A stretch of DNA of 64,000 nt from Eledone cirrhosa (lineage: Eukaryota). The stretch lies in assembly GCA_964016885.1 (NCBI GenBank), contig OZ024744.1:34720001-34784000 (forward strand). Reading direction: 5' to 3'. The notes under the pieces are model-generated. The model saw only the letters and a list, made by a program, of their open reading frames with translations. It made no database searches and was not told the DNA's origin. Numbering within the stretch: the first letter of the stretch is position 1; every line of letters starts with the position of its first letter. Positions 28,207-42,000 of this stretch are shown here, piece by piece. The position numbers and the translations under genes were made by a program.

Positions 28207-29263
28207 TCTGAAACTACTTCGCTTTTTCTTATATATATATATATATATATCTATATATATATTAGAAGTTAGAAATTATAAGCTTTCACCGTATTTTAGA
28301 CTAAAGAAATTTCTAGCCTGATAGTGGGGTTTATAACCCTCGGAGAAATGGAAAAAGATGAGTGTTGCCGTACATGGGAGTCGAACCCACATCTTTGGTT
28401 ATCCAGACCACTGTGCTACCATTACACCAATACACATCCCATCTCCTTCCATTCGAATTAGAAGCTATGAACTTAGCAAGTGAATGATAAACAAGCAAAT
28501 TATAAACGTAAACATGTAAGTATGTTTTTGAAACGGTGCGCGAATTTGAAATTAGAAGTTAGAAATTATAAGTTTTCACCGTATTTTAGACTAAAAAAAT
28601 TTCTAGCCTGATAGTGGGTTCGACTCCCATGTACGGCAACATTCATCTTTTTCCATTTCTCCGAGGGGTTTATAACCCCACTATCAGGCTAGAAATTTCT
28701 TTAGTCTAAAATACGGTGAAAGCTTATAATTTCTAACTTCTTATATATATAGATATATATATATACATATATAAGAAAAAGCGAAGTAGTTTCAGGTTTA
28801 TAACCCTCGGAGAAATGGAAAAAGATGAATGTTGCCGTACATGGGAGTCGAACCCACTATCAGGCTAGAAATTTTTTTAGTCTAAAATACGGTGAAAACT
28901 TATAATTTCTAACTTCTAATTTCAAACTCGCGCACCGTTTCAAAAACATACTTTCATGTTTACGTTTATAATTTGCTTGTTTATCATTCACTTGCTAAGT
29001 TCATAGCTTCTAATTCGAATGGAAGGAGATGGGATGTGTATTGGTGTAATGGTAGCACAGTGGTCTGGATAACCAAAGATGTGGGTTCGACTCCCATGTA
29101 CGGCAACACTCATCTTTTTTCCATTTCTCCGAGGGTTATAAACCCCACTATCAGGCTAGAAATTTCTTTAGTCTAAAATACGGTGAAAGCTTATAACTTC
29201 TAATTTCAAACTCGTGCACCGTTTCAAAAACATACTTACATGTTTACGTTTATAATTTGCTTG
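28207..29263. repeat. Nested tandem + inverted array of a ~290 bp unit containing an internal tRNA-like cassette
   Basis: Unit starts attagaagttagaaattataag at 28261 and 28551. 28207-28388 mirrors 28615-28796, and 28797-29200 mirrors 28261-28680. Confidence 0.9.
29035..29105 (+). pseudogene. tRNA-like Pol III cassette (mirror copy at ~28365-28435, -)
   Basis: A-box tggtgtaatggtagcac, B-box ggttcgactcc, tggt/acca anticodon-like stem, oligo-T 10 nt downstream. Acceptor stem imperfect. Confidence 0.75.
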
Positions 29264-29433
29264 TGTGTAATTAATACACGCATGCATTTATTTTTTTAAT
29301 TTTAATTGAGTTTTTAACACGTTGGATTGATAATGTTTTTTGAAAAAACTAATTAACCCGCGTGAATATTATTTTTTCTTTTCTCGTGTACTGGTTGTCT
29401 CCCCTTCCCGCTTCGTGACGCTATAATACTTCC

Positions 29434-29523
29434 TCAGTCAAAAACTGCTGGAATTTCAAATTTGGCGGTCATTCGATGCGTGAGGGAGCAGCTTAGCAGA
29501 CACGATTTTTAACTGCGGTAAGA
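29434..29523 (+). promoter_or_regulatory. Candidate initiator (TCAGTC) and non-coding first exon ending at a GTAAGA donor
   Basis: CpG-containing non-repetitive patch, TCAGTC at 29434, cg|gtaaga at 29517/29518, 2.9 kb upstream of the TRPC acceptor. Motif-level evidence only. Confidence 0.3.
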
Positions 29524-29989
29524 ATTTTTTCATATATCAAAGTTTAATGGGCTTCCACTGATGATTTATAGGCGCCCACCTAAATATATTCTTACATGAA
29601 TATATGTTAGGCTTCTACATAAACTGGAAACATTCTCCTAATTTGTAGAAAACTTATAATGAAACAATTGTTTGGAAAGAGAGATATATTTTAACTTTAA
29701 TTATATCTCATAAAATAATACAACTGGCTTTCCACATAATACATATAGTTAGCACCCCAAACACTTAAATTGGGTTTATACTAACATATAACCTAATGTT
29801 TGTTGAGTGAGATGGTTACCAGTCAGAGTTTAGCTTTAAGCTATCTCTGTTATTGTATTAAATATATATAGGGTGGAGTCTTCGACTTGGCCTGAGCATG
29901 GACTCAAACTCAAATGAAATGAAATATATATATATATATATATAGTGAGGAAACATAAGTCAATTGCATGAACTCATAATCCTTTATTT

Positions 29990-30045
29990 ACTGCTATATA
30001 TATTTCGATGATAGCCATTGAGTGGCTATGACCTCATCAGGCAGT
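29990..30045 (-). ncRNA. Minimal type I hammerhead ribozyme motif in a short element between (TA)n tracts
   Basis: ACUGC-CUGAUGA-GGUCAUAGCCA cucaa UGGCUAUCAUC-GAAA-UAUAUA-UA-GCAGU. Confidence 0.85.
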
Positions 30046-30150
30046 TAGTCAGTTCTTAGATATGCCAGCTCTGTGTTTATGGTGTTGATTGTATCAGAGC
30101 CTTGGGACATATGTATATTTGTACATGTATATGTGTATATATATATGTGA

Positions 30151-30194
<44 letters not shown>

Positions 30195-30379
30195 TTACAT
30201 ACACATGCGCACCCATATATACACACGCACATATAAACCAATACTGTGATGGTCAACTTAGGAAACATGCTGATACCCATTTTTTTATTCTAAGCCTTTT
30301 GTTGTTTTGAGACTATTTTCTGTAGTCAAAAACTTAGGCAAATTAAATAATCCATCTGCTGTTTACACTCACACGCAGT

Positions 30380-30448
<69 letters not shown>

Positions 30449-30704
30449 TAACAGATTAAAGTTTAAGCAAACAATCGCTGCTTTCATCCTTAACGGGATC
30501 TTCTGAAACTAACAAAGTCAATCTGTGAACGCAGAAGTGAATATTTCAAAAAACGTTGCAACCGGAGGAAGATAGGAAGACGATACGGTTCTTATATATT
30601 TGATATATATCTATCCTTATCGAGCCCTCTTTGGATTTTAGTCTTCAAATTTATTATTATTACTATATATATATATATATATACATACGCAGAAGTTCAC
30701 TGTA

Positions 30705-31518
<814 letters not shown>

Positions 31519-31520
31519 AC

Positions 31521-31742
31521 ACAGCGAACCTCCGCATATTCGCGATTTTTTAAAGGCTTTTTTCGTGACAATGTATATTTTTCACGCTCTTTAAGGCTAA
31601 TATACCATATTTACTGGTCTATATTTTACGTTGTTTTGACGTTTAAAGGCATTTTTGTGGACGACGTCCAATATTAGATTTTTTTCACTCTTCGCGTGTG
31701 CTCTAGGAACGTAAGCTCCGCGAATACCGGGGCATAATTGTG
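31521..31742. mobile_element. Degenerate Tigger/pogo-like MITE (another partial at ~36760-36950)
   Basis: cagcgaacctccgcatattcgcg ... cgcgaataccggggcataattg imperfect terminal inverted repeats. Confidence 0.5.
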
Positions 31743-32451
31743 TATATATTCACACACAAGACCTTGATCAACCTGAGGCTATAGTAAAAGACACGTGCCC
31801 AAGATAGCATACAGTGAGACTGAATCCAGATTTAACTGGTTTCAAAGTGAACTGTTTTAACTGATTAGATACACTTGTAACAATAAATAACCCACGGATC
31901 AAATTGGGAATTCGCTATTTATATTTTCATGTAAAAGTTATTAAGCATTATATTTGACATTTTCATTTGCATTAATATCTTGATAACTGATGTAACTACA
32001 CGACCGTTTTAATGTCATTTTTTCCATCATAGCATGAGTCAGTGAACCTTGCGAGCCCATGGCAGGTTTTATGCTCACTATGGAGTCCTTTATGAAGCAA
32101 TTTTTTACAGCCATATTCAATAGCCTTTGGTATAGCTTTCATTATGTAAAATCTCCCTATTTTGCCTCATTTCTCCCCGTTTTGGGGCCCATCTTTTCAT
32201 GGTTTGGGTTTTTAGAGGTTGGCAGGTCTGCATATGCCTTCCTTCTACCAAAGCTTTCAGCTCTCTTTTACAACTATCAGAGATATTGTGTGCCTATTCT
32301 AATCCAGGTCCAATATATATTAATAATTAATACATATATAATTAATAGTTTTTCATCTTTCTTATAATTTTTTTAATTTTTTTTTTTTTTCATTTTATAA
32401 ACATCAGATATATTTTCTATTTTGCAGAAAGGAAAATCTGAAAATACGAAA

Positions 32452-33378
32452 ATGCCCTATCTAAACAAAAGAAGCAGCACTCGGTGCGGTCCTACTGGAC
32501 GGGGCGGTGTTCTAATTCCACTTGAACCACTGAAGGAAGGTCATCGAATCGATCCACAAGAAAGAATTTTCCTAGAAGCAGCAGAAAAGGGAGATAAGCA
32601 CACTATGATACGATGTTTGCAAGGCCCAAACCCTGTAAATGTTAATTGTACGAACATGCTAGGTCGATCTGCCATACAAATTGCTGTGGATAATGAAAAT
32701 ACAGAAATAGTAGAGCTCTTGCTGAAACAAGAGGGTGTGAAAATTGGAGATGCAGTACTGTATGCTATCCGTGAAGGTGTGTATAAGATAGTAGAGATGT
32801 TGATTGATCACCCAAGTGTTACACGGGGAATGCTTGGATCGGAGTGGTCTAAAACGAAACATGGAAACGAAGAGAGTTCAGACTATTCCCCAGATATATC
32901 ACCCGTTATTTTAGCTGCCCATTGTAACCAATTTGAAATTCTTCAGTTATTACTTCTTCGCGGTGCCACCATTGAAAGACCACATGAACTGTCTTGTTCT
33001 TGTAAGAAATGTCAAGAACATGTTCACGAAGACAGTCTCCGACATTCTCTGCTGAGAATTCACACATACAAAGCATTAGCTAGTCCTGCGTGGATATCTT
33101 TGACAAGCCTCGATCCCATTTTAAGTGCTTTTAAATTATCGTGGGACCTTGCAAAAAAGGGATTAAAAGAAAATGAATTCAAGGATTTATATTTCGACTT
33201 AGCAATGCAATGCAAGCGATTCGCGTGTGATCTATTGGACCAATGCCGGAGCAGTGAAGAGGTAATTGCTGTATTAAATAAAGAAACATCTTCTGATGAG
33301 GAGGAAGAGCCGAGCTCAAGTGGAGAGAAACTTACTTTAGCACGATTGAAACTAGCTCTGAAATATGAACAGAAACAG
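32452..33378 (+). CDS. First large coding exon of a canonical transient receptor potential (TRPC-family) channel: ankyrin repeats + TRP_2 region
   Basis: ERIFLEAAEKGD, VNCTNMLGRSAIQIAVDNEN, DISPVILAAHCNQFEILQLLL, PHELSCSCKKC, DSLRHSLLRIHTYKALASPAWISLTSLDPILSAFKLSW, ENEFK, LARLKLALKYEQKQ. Acceptor ttttgcag| at 32427, ATG at 32452, phase-0 donor |gtatgt at 33379. Orthology not assignable by eye. Confidence 0.95.
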
Positions 33379-33973
33379 GTATGTATTCAAAGAATTATTT
33401 GGTTGTTTAATTCCTTAGTATTTCAGTATTTTGTAGATTCTTATATTTTTTAGTTTGTTTTTGCTTTTTTGTTTTGTTTTGTTTTTATTATTTTCGGTAT
33501 TTCTTTAAACTCAGTTTATCTTTGACCAAGTAGACGTCTGATCAAGTAGACGTCTAATCCATCCAACATGTCCAGGATGTGATTTGAGGAATATATATTC
33601 TAGGTGGTCACTCAACCATGCCGAAACTCATTGATTGTGCTATTGAATATTTAGTTGTCCAAAACTGCTATGTATTTTTCATGATTGTGTACCATTATTC
33701 AACTTTCATACTAAATGTTGTAAATGGCTATTTTGTTTCAATGGATTCATTCCACTGGTTCGTTTGTTTGTGTGTTTTTTGTTTTGTTTTTGTTTTGTTT
33801 TTTTATCTATTTAAGCCTTCCGACACCAAACTGCTGAAACTGCCTCTCATTTTATAATACAAAATTATTTACTTTAAAGAGTTTATATTTATCTAAAAAC
33901 TTTCCATCACAATCTTATGTAAGACACTTTATTAAAGTATGCTTCAAACATCAGATTAATAATGAGAAAGCTA

Positions 33974-34144
33974 CCGTATTTCCCGGCGTCGAAGACGCTA
34001 CTTGTTTTCTAAAATAAGTCTCAAAAATATACCAATGCGTCCTGGAGGACGAAGGTTGTTATTTTCTACTTTTTTTTTTTTTTTTTTTGTCAAAATTAAG
34101 TTGCGTCTTCGAGGACGAAACGTCTTCGGTGCCGGGAAATACGG
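33974..34144. mobile_element. Tc1/pogo-type MITE with TA duplication
   Basis: TA-ccgtatttcccggcgtcgaagacg ... cgtcttcggtgccgggaaatacgg-TA. Confidence 0.85.
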
Positions 34145-34569
34145 TAGTTATATAAATAGAACCCTCCGAATTCTTGATTATTTTAAAACTTCATTAGAAA
34201 TATGGTATTAAAATACTTAATCCTGATACACAAGTTGTAACAATAGAAATTTTAATCCAGTTTCAAATATTTGAATATCTCTAATCCAGTTTTAATTATT
34301 TGTAGCCTTAATCTAGTCTCAAATATTTAGATTCAATTAGTTGCAAATATTCGTCTTCTTCTTCTTGAGTCAGCCTTCTTTCGAAGGTGAAGCATTCATT
34401 TTGTTTTTTCCAATGGCTAGAATATCTGTGGCTCACCAAACCTGCATACTCATAGATTTCTCCGCCAACTGGAGCAGTTGTGCCAACCCATTGTTGAATT
34501 AATAGTTGATCAGCTGTGAAGTCATCTAATTAAACTGATGATCGTCGCGTCAGTTACTACTTACTATTA

Positions 34570-34632
<63 letters not shown>

Positions 34633-34811
34633 ACACGCACACACATACACACACACACATACACATACACGCATACACGCATACACGCACACGCACGCAC
34701 ACACATGCACACATACACGCACACACACGCATACACACACGCACACACACACATACGTACGACCTTCCCGGGAATAAATGGGTGAAGAAGAAGAAGAAGA
34801 AGAAGAAGAAG

Positions 34812-34842
<31 letters not shown>

Positions 34843-35094
34843 TGGAATCCTGAGGCTAATCAATAACATTAAATCTCATTACACTTCTGAAATACTAAAC
34901 TAAAAAATAATGCACAAAACTTTACAGTACAGTAAACCAGATCATAATATATTATATATTACCCAACCTTAGTATATTATAGATCATCACACTAAAGTAC
35001 AGTTCAACCTCACTACACTGCACAATGCTACACCATACTACACCACACCAAAGTACACTATAGTACGTCATACTACATTACATCACACTACATG

Positions 35095-35305
35095 TAGACG
35101 CCACGGTAAAAAGCATCCAGCACTCACTGTAAATGAGGTTGGTGTTAGGAAGGGCATCCAGCTGTAGAAATCAAGCCAGAATCAGTTCCCGCATGAGCAA
35201 GATATTGTCACCTGACCTAACATTTCCCACAACAGGCCAACTTGTCTAACCCATGCTAGCGTGGAAGAATGGACGAAAAATGGTGATGATGATGATGATG
35301 ATGAT
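35095..35305 (+). mobile_element. Short bipartite RTE-dependent element (RTE 5' UTR piece + RTE 3' tail). Relative at ~54900-55130 (-)
   Basis: ggtgttaggaagggcatccagc is shared with the RTE 5' UTR at 23235-23262. Tail cccatgctagcgtggaag...(gat)n resembles 26330-26388. Confidence 0.7.
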
Positions 35306-35454
35306 TAGTAGATAGATAGACAGATAGTTAGAGAAAGAGATAGATGGACTAGCAGACAGACAGACAGACAGACAGGCCAACAGACAGACAGGTGGAGGGA
35401 CGAACAACCAGGCAGACAGACAGACAGACATATAGGTAGACAGACAGACTGATA

Positions 35455-36310
35455 GATATATTTCTTTATTTGCCATAAGGGCGTACAAAAACGAAACATT
35501 ACAAGACGGGGGTTTTACATAAAATCCTTAACAATAATAATGGATAAAGATAAACTATATAAAAAATAAAACAAATCGAAATCCCCAATAGGGGGGGGGG
35601 GGTGTAACGCTACTGCGGGGTTGTTTTACACCCCGTAGATAGAACAACCCTCAACACCAGAAACACGTTTTGTAGGTCTTCCCGTCTTCCCTCTGTTTAT
35701 CTTCCTCAACCAACAGGTTTATATACAGAGAAGGCCTTTTCACTCGGGCCTTTTTCGCCACATTCACCCACCTTTCAGCGAATTTACTGGGGTGTAGCAC
35801 CTCTCTCTCTACTATCACCTTCCTTCTGAAGTAATACTTAAAGAAGGGGATGGGTTGTTGTCCGGAGAGAAAGGTATTTGCCCTCAGTCCTTGTAACCTC
35901 GTCCACCATATTACCTCTTTCGCCATAGCCACCAGACAGAGGAAAACCGCCTCTCCTTCATTCTTAAATGAAGGCGACGGGGTGATCTTCACGATGGACT
36001 CGGTTGACAACTGGATGTGTCCCACACGTGACAGTAGCTGTTTGACATATTTCCACAGGTCGGTCACCCCTGGGCACTGAACAATTGCGTGCAGAACGGT
36101 TTCAATGTCCTGCTCGCATCTTGGACAGGTCCTTTTGGCAGGATCACTGCCAGGGGGTCTGTGCCTGTAGATCTTGTCTCGAACTGGTAGAGCTCCTCGG
36201 TAGTTATCCATAGGCCCTGGACGGAAAGTCCTCACGAACAGACTGGTCAGTTCGTCCTCTTCGATGCCTAAGGTTTCCCCGAGAATGTCGTCGCACTTAT
36301 CCTCCACAGA
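35455..36310 (-). mobile_element. L1/Tx1-clade 3' fragment (zf-RVT). More decayed relative at ~57115-58020
   Basis: ALPVRDKIYR...CPRCEQDIETVLHAIVQCP...LW, with an AATAAA-containing 3' end. Confidence 0.75.
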
Positions 36311-36474
36311 TAAGCAAACAGACAGGCATATAGATAGATAAACAGACAGACACAGATAGAGATACAGACGGATAGATAGTACGAGTGTACGAGTATTTGC
36401 TGTACGTGTCGAAGCTCGTGCAAATGTTTGTCTTGTAGTACAAGTAGAAATTTGCAGTGCGGGTGAGTTTCATA

Positions 36475-37520
36475 CAATTGTTTCTTATATAGGGCACAAG
36501 GCCAGCAATTTTGGGGTAGAAGAAAGTTGATTTAATCGACCCCAATGCGTGACTGGTACTTTATTTTATCGACCCCGTAAGGATGAAAAGCAAAGTTAAC
36601 CTCGGTGGGATTTGAACTCAGATCATAAAGGGCCGTAACTCTATACTGCAAAGCATATTGTCCGACGCCCTACCGATACTGCCAATCCGCTGCCCTAGTT
36701 TCATTAATAAAACTAGTTTACATATTTCTTTTATATTCTACGTTTTTATAATAGTCATTTTCCTTGTAACTACCCCTTTTCTGTTTTAAAACCCATAAAA
36801 AATGATTTTTGTGTTGTTTTCGGGGGCTGGAACAGATTATATATATTTCAATTAATTTCAATGGGGAAAATTGATTTGTAAAACAGATAAATCGTAAAAC
36901 AAGCTCAGATATGGAATGAATTAAACTTATACGGCGAGATATCACTGTATTCTAAAGATCTATCAAAAGTGATTTGAAAAGAGCAGATGTTTTAGAAAAG
37001 ATAAAAAATAGCAAAATATGGAATGATTTCTTTGGCAGTCTTTTTTTATATAACTCTTATCCAAGGTTGAAAATTTAGCTTGTAACATGTCGTTTTAGAT
37101 CATTATACTTGGGTGGTTGATTGGCAGTATTGGTAGGAGGTCGGACGTCATGCTTTGCAGCATAGAGTTATGGTCCTTTACGTTCTGGGTTCAAATCCGG
37201 CCGAGTTTAACTTTGCCCTTCATCCTTGCGGGGTCGATAAAATAAAGCACCAGTAATGCACTGGGATTAATTGCTGGTCTTGTGCCAAAAGTAGAAACAA
37301 TTATATTTGGGCAGTAGATTGGCAAAATCGGTAGAGTGCCAGCCAAAATGCTTTGTGGCATTTAGTTACGACATTTTAACGTTCAAATCCCGCCGAGGTT
37401 AACTTTGCCTTTTATCCTTAGGAGTCGATAAAATACGACACCAGTAACACAATGTGGTCAACTTAATCAATTTTCCCCTCCCTCAAAATTGCTGGCCTTG
37501 TGTCTAAATCAAAAACTATT
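36475..37520. mobile_element. Cluster of tRNA-derived SINEs: 36475-36693 (-), 37112-37303 (+), 37310-37520 (+)
   Basis: Same core as 7070-7257 and 58095-58283. Confidence 0.85.
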
Positions 37521-37904
37521 ATATTTATAATTTTGTTTGACTGCTGTAGCAATATTACGTGATTAATAAAACCTTGTATCATAAATATAATGAGCTGTCG
37601 TTCCCACCAAAGACTATTGCAACGGAATCATATTTTTTGTCTTTTTTTTTTTTTTAGACTGGAATGAGTGTTGCTTCCTTCTCTCTATCTCTCTCAATTA
37701 TTTACATTTTCAGTTTTATTAATTTCTCGTTACTTTCCATTCTTTCTTTATCTCTCTCTATATACTCATATCTCTCTCTCCCTCACACACATTCTTTCTT
37801 TCTTTCTTTTTATCCCTCTCTATATACTCATCTCTCTCTCTTTCACACACTCTTTCTTTCTCTCTTTTTTTCTATCTTTCTTACTTCCTTTCTTTATCTC
37901 TCAC

Positions 37905-38945
37905 TATATACTCATCTCTTTCTCATGGGAACTGTGCCGTTTTCTGACTTTGTGAGCATGCCCACGTGTGTTAGACACATGGAAATCAAAAAGATACTCA
38001 GGGTTGTTGTTGGCAAGATGGTTAACAATTTTGTGGGTGTTTACCAAGTCAGTTGCCAGGCGTCGGAGCTTCAATGTATCCATGCCCAGGGAAGCAAGGC
38101 GTTCAGAGTATGGTAGATGTCTGATGGAGGGCATTCGCTTGGTTGCACGTCTCTGAACAGTTTCCAGAAGGTCAATATTCTAAGCAAGATAGGGGTTCCA
38201 GACTGGTGATACAAATTCTAAGTGTGGCCGCACCATAGCTATATAATGCTTTAAATAGATAGCTGGAGAGCGGCTGACAAAGGTCTTGCTGAGTGATGCT
38301 AAGACACCCTCGGCCTTGTTGACAATTTTAGAGACGTGCTTCGTCCAACAGAAATTGCTGCTGACTGTAATGCCCAGGTCACGTTCACAAGAAGACTTCT
38401 TGATATTAGTGTTGTGGAGGGAGTATGTGGATGCTGGGTTTTTACTCCCAAAATGCATGGTGGTACACTTGTACACAGCCAGCTTAAGTTGCCAGTCCGT
38501 GATCCATTGCTGCATTGTGTCCAGGTCTGATTGTAGGAAAGATCTATAGTGTTCAGGATCTGTCCTTTTTATCTCAAGGTACAGCTTGGTGTCATCTGCG
38601 TATTTCAGTACTGTGGCATTCTTTAAGTTGGCATCTATGTCATTAATATATGCCACAATCAAAAGGGGGCCAAGAACAGATCCCTGTGGTACATCAGATG
38701 ACATCTCATAGGGTGAAGAATGCTGTCCTAGAACCGTGACTACCTTTCTTCGACTGAGAATGAAGGACTTCAACCAGTTAAAGAGATCATCCTTCACACC
38801 CATTGCAGAGAGTTTTGCCATAAGTCTTTTGTGTGGCCCAGAATTAGAAGCTTTAGCAAAGTCAAGGTAAACAACATCCTCCCATGACCCGCCATCAGTG
38901 ATTCGGGTGATGTCTTCAAGAAACTCAATAAGTTGATCACAACAG
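37905..38945 (-). mobile_element. CR1/L2-group LINE RT 3' fragment
   Basis: VVYLDFAKA, VPQGSVLGPLL, KYADDTK, ERDLGI, VRPHLE, YSERL...LKLRRL, NTRGH. Confidence 0.9.
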
Positions 38946-39457
38946 CTGGAGAGGGGCCACACCAAGTGAGAGATATTACATAGATAGAGAGAGAAAAGAG
39001 AACGCCGTGTGTTTTCGAGGTGACAAAAAGAGGCAGATAGACAGAAATGTATGACTTCACCCTCATCTATATAGAGAGAGGGGGAGCACCAAGCTAAAGA
39101 GAGAGAAAGCGGAACAATTTGTTTAGAGAGAGAGTGTGTGTGTGTGTGAGAGGGATAAGACGACGTTGCCCTCATCTAGTATAATATAATAAAATGTGTT
39201 GCAGACAAGACTGAGTTTTTTATCATGTGTAGAAGGAAATCTAAATATTGAAATGATAAATGGGAAAGGAGAGATTTAGAAAAAAGGTAAAAGAATGTAT
39301 TGAACTATATCAATGACCCAAACTTAGTTTGTCATGACACTCTTCTACAATATTCCAAACATTACTGAACCTATACTTATATTTTAATAGCCTCAAATAC
39401 ACACATACAGACACACACACAAAAGTAAAAGTTCATTTAGAATGGGAATATATATAT

Positions 39458-39885
39458 AATTGTTTCTACTTTTGGCACAAGGCCATCAATTAGTCAGTAC
39501 ATTACTGGTACTTTATTTTATCGACCCCGTAAGGATGAAAGGCAAAGTTAACCTCGGCGGGATTTGAACTCAGACCGTAAAGGGACGTAACTTTGCTGGA
39601 AAGCATGGCGTCCGACCCGCTTCCAATACTGCCAATTCACCGCCCATATATATATATAATGGTTATATATATATATATAATGGTTCCTGATTTAGACACA
39701 AGGCCAACAATTTTGGAAGAGAGGAAAGTAGATTAAAGCAACCCCAGTACATTACTGGTACTTTATTTTATCAACCCATAAGCATGAAGGCAAAGTTAAC
39801 CTCGGTGGGATTTGAACTGAGAACGTAAAAAGCTGTAACTCTATGCCATAAAGCATATTGTCCGATGTTCTACCGATTCTGCCAA
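39458..39885 (-). mobile_element. Two tRNA-derived SINE copies (39458-39645, 39680-39885)
   Basis: Same family core and tail as 7070-7257. Confidence 0.85.
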
Positions 39886-40674
39886 TAATAAAATTGTATT
39901 TTTAAATAATTTTGAAAGAAATCAAGAATTAGGAGAGATTTAATGATATAAACAACCATCTCACTATCAAGTTGGTGTCTGAGGGGCATAACTTAATAAA
40001 GGTTCTTACATATAATTATGATGGAATATTTTTAGCTGGTGCAGTCATGTGCCAGCTTCAGCATTTAATGATCAGAAGAAAGGAAGTAGGTCTAGAAGCC
40101 AAACTCGTTATCTTTCAATTCAGTTTCATGCCAACTCTTACCTATGGTCATGAATCTTGGTAATGACCAAAAGAATTTGATCAGGAATACAAGCCACCGA
40201 AATGAGGGTCCTCGTAAGTGTCTTTGGAGTAACGTTACTCAATAGTGTGTGTAGCTCAGAGATCATAGAGTCACTGAGACAGAGCCACTACTTCTCCGAA
40301 TTGAGAGATCACAGCTCTGATATTGTGGGCATGTAGTTAGACTGTCCCAGGAAAAACCAACTGGCAAGGAACCCAAGAGTAGACCCCGAGCAAGATGGTT
40401 GGATAATATCCATAAGCTTGGCTGGTCATGCTTGGGGATCCAGCCGGATTAGTTGGAGACGGTTGCTTCTGACAGGACCCATTGGAAGGAGTGTTTCAGC
40501 ACTCTGCCCCCACAAACCTCTCAGGTATAAATGGGTGAAAAAGAAGAAGATATTTTTAGATAAATATAAACATTTTAGAATAAACAGCTTTATATTATAG
40601 ATTCAGGATTAGTTTCATGTAGTTTCGTATCAAAAGGGTTAGATATAAAATTTTATTGAAAATTGCTTGTGGAA

Positions 40675-41532
40675 CCAAACTGAACCCTAGTTCCTCCTTT
40701 TTACAGTAAACAGGACTATTTAAAACATGTTGCCATTCTTCCTATGATTAAATATAAAAATATAATCATCATTTGAATTTGAGTTCTGTCCAACCAATAC
40801 AGCCAATGGAGCAAAATCTATTACTGTAGACGTAGAAGAGATAGAGAAAGCACAGCATATCTATGGCCTAATATAAGTTTTTTTTTTTAACCCACTTCAG
40901 AAAAGATCACCACTCTTCAATTGATACTATACTACCCAATGCCAGATTTACCATTGTGCTTAGGTGTGCTTAAGCACAGGGCACCGTTAGCCAGGAGTAG
41001 GGGCCCATCTTGCTGCCAAAAAATTTTTATGATGAATTTTCAAATATTTGGGGCCTCATAACTTAACTAGAACAGGGTCTCATTTGTCCTAAATCCAGGA
41101 CTGATACTACCCCTAACTAACCACCTGAGAGATAGAAATCACAAATTAAGTTTTGCAGTTCTAATGGGGTGATCAACAGATTGGTGGCTAATTATCAGAG
41201 CTTGTTACATACAGCTTTAGTATTTGGTCTGGCTCACTGCATTCTGTCAGAAAGAAAGATTTTTGGAGGAAATCATTAAGGATGAATCGACCCTTTCCTT
41301 TCCTCTTTCCTTTTAAAGTCTGTCTACAACATATATTAGGCCATAGATATGCTGTGCTTTCTCTATCTCTTCTACGTCTACAGTAATAGATTTTGCTCCA
41401 TTGGCTGTATTGGTTGGACAGAACTCAAATTCAAATGATGATTATATTTTTATATTTAATCATAGGAAGAATGGCAACATATTTTAAATAGTCCTGTTTA
41501 CTGTAAAAAGGAGGAACTAGGGTTCAGTTTGG
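40675..41532. mobile_element. Non-autonomous DNA transposon with ~200 bp near-perfect TIRs and 8-bp TSD TTGTGGAA
   Basis: TIRs 40675-40873 / 41334-41532. ttgtggaa at 40667-40674 and 41533-41540. Confidence 0.85.
40937..41103. mobile_element. hAT-type MITE nested in the previous element, 8-bp TSD ATACTACC
   Basis: atactacc-caatgccagattta ... taaatccaggactg-atactacc. Confidence 0.8.
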
Positions 41533-42000
41533 TTGTGGAATCTATTAGAAACAGCCGGTTCAACAATCAAGAAGAAGCCATTTTGGGGGGTAACAGAAAT
41601 GGAAATGGTTGGGGATGGGTAGAATTAGACAATACATAAACACAAATTTTAAGGAACCAAGAAGGACCCTTAAATATTTGGTACCCTACTTAAAACGAAA
41701 CAAAAAAAAACATTCAGTCCCCGTTAATTTTTAGAGTAGCTCACCACTACCACCACGACCACCACCACATAGATACACATACATACATACGTACATACAT
41801 ACATACATATATACATACATACATACAAACATACATACAAACATACATACATACATTCATACATACATACATACAAACATACATACAAACATACATAGAA
41901 ACATACATACGTACATACATACATACATACAAACATACATACAAACATACGTACATACATACGTACATACATACGTACATACACACACACATACATACAT

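Noticed and set aside
28310-28352. Hammerhead in the tRNA-containing unit (ctgatagt-hairpin-cggagaaa)
   Set aside because: Core is CUGAUAG rather than CUGANGA, there are extra nucleotides before GAAA, and no stem I/III.
32059-32367. Upstream hydrophobic ORF as part of the TRPC gene
   Set aside because: Overlaps a small repeat also present at 20085-20175, no TRP similarity, and ends in the polypyrimidine tract.
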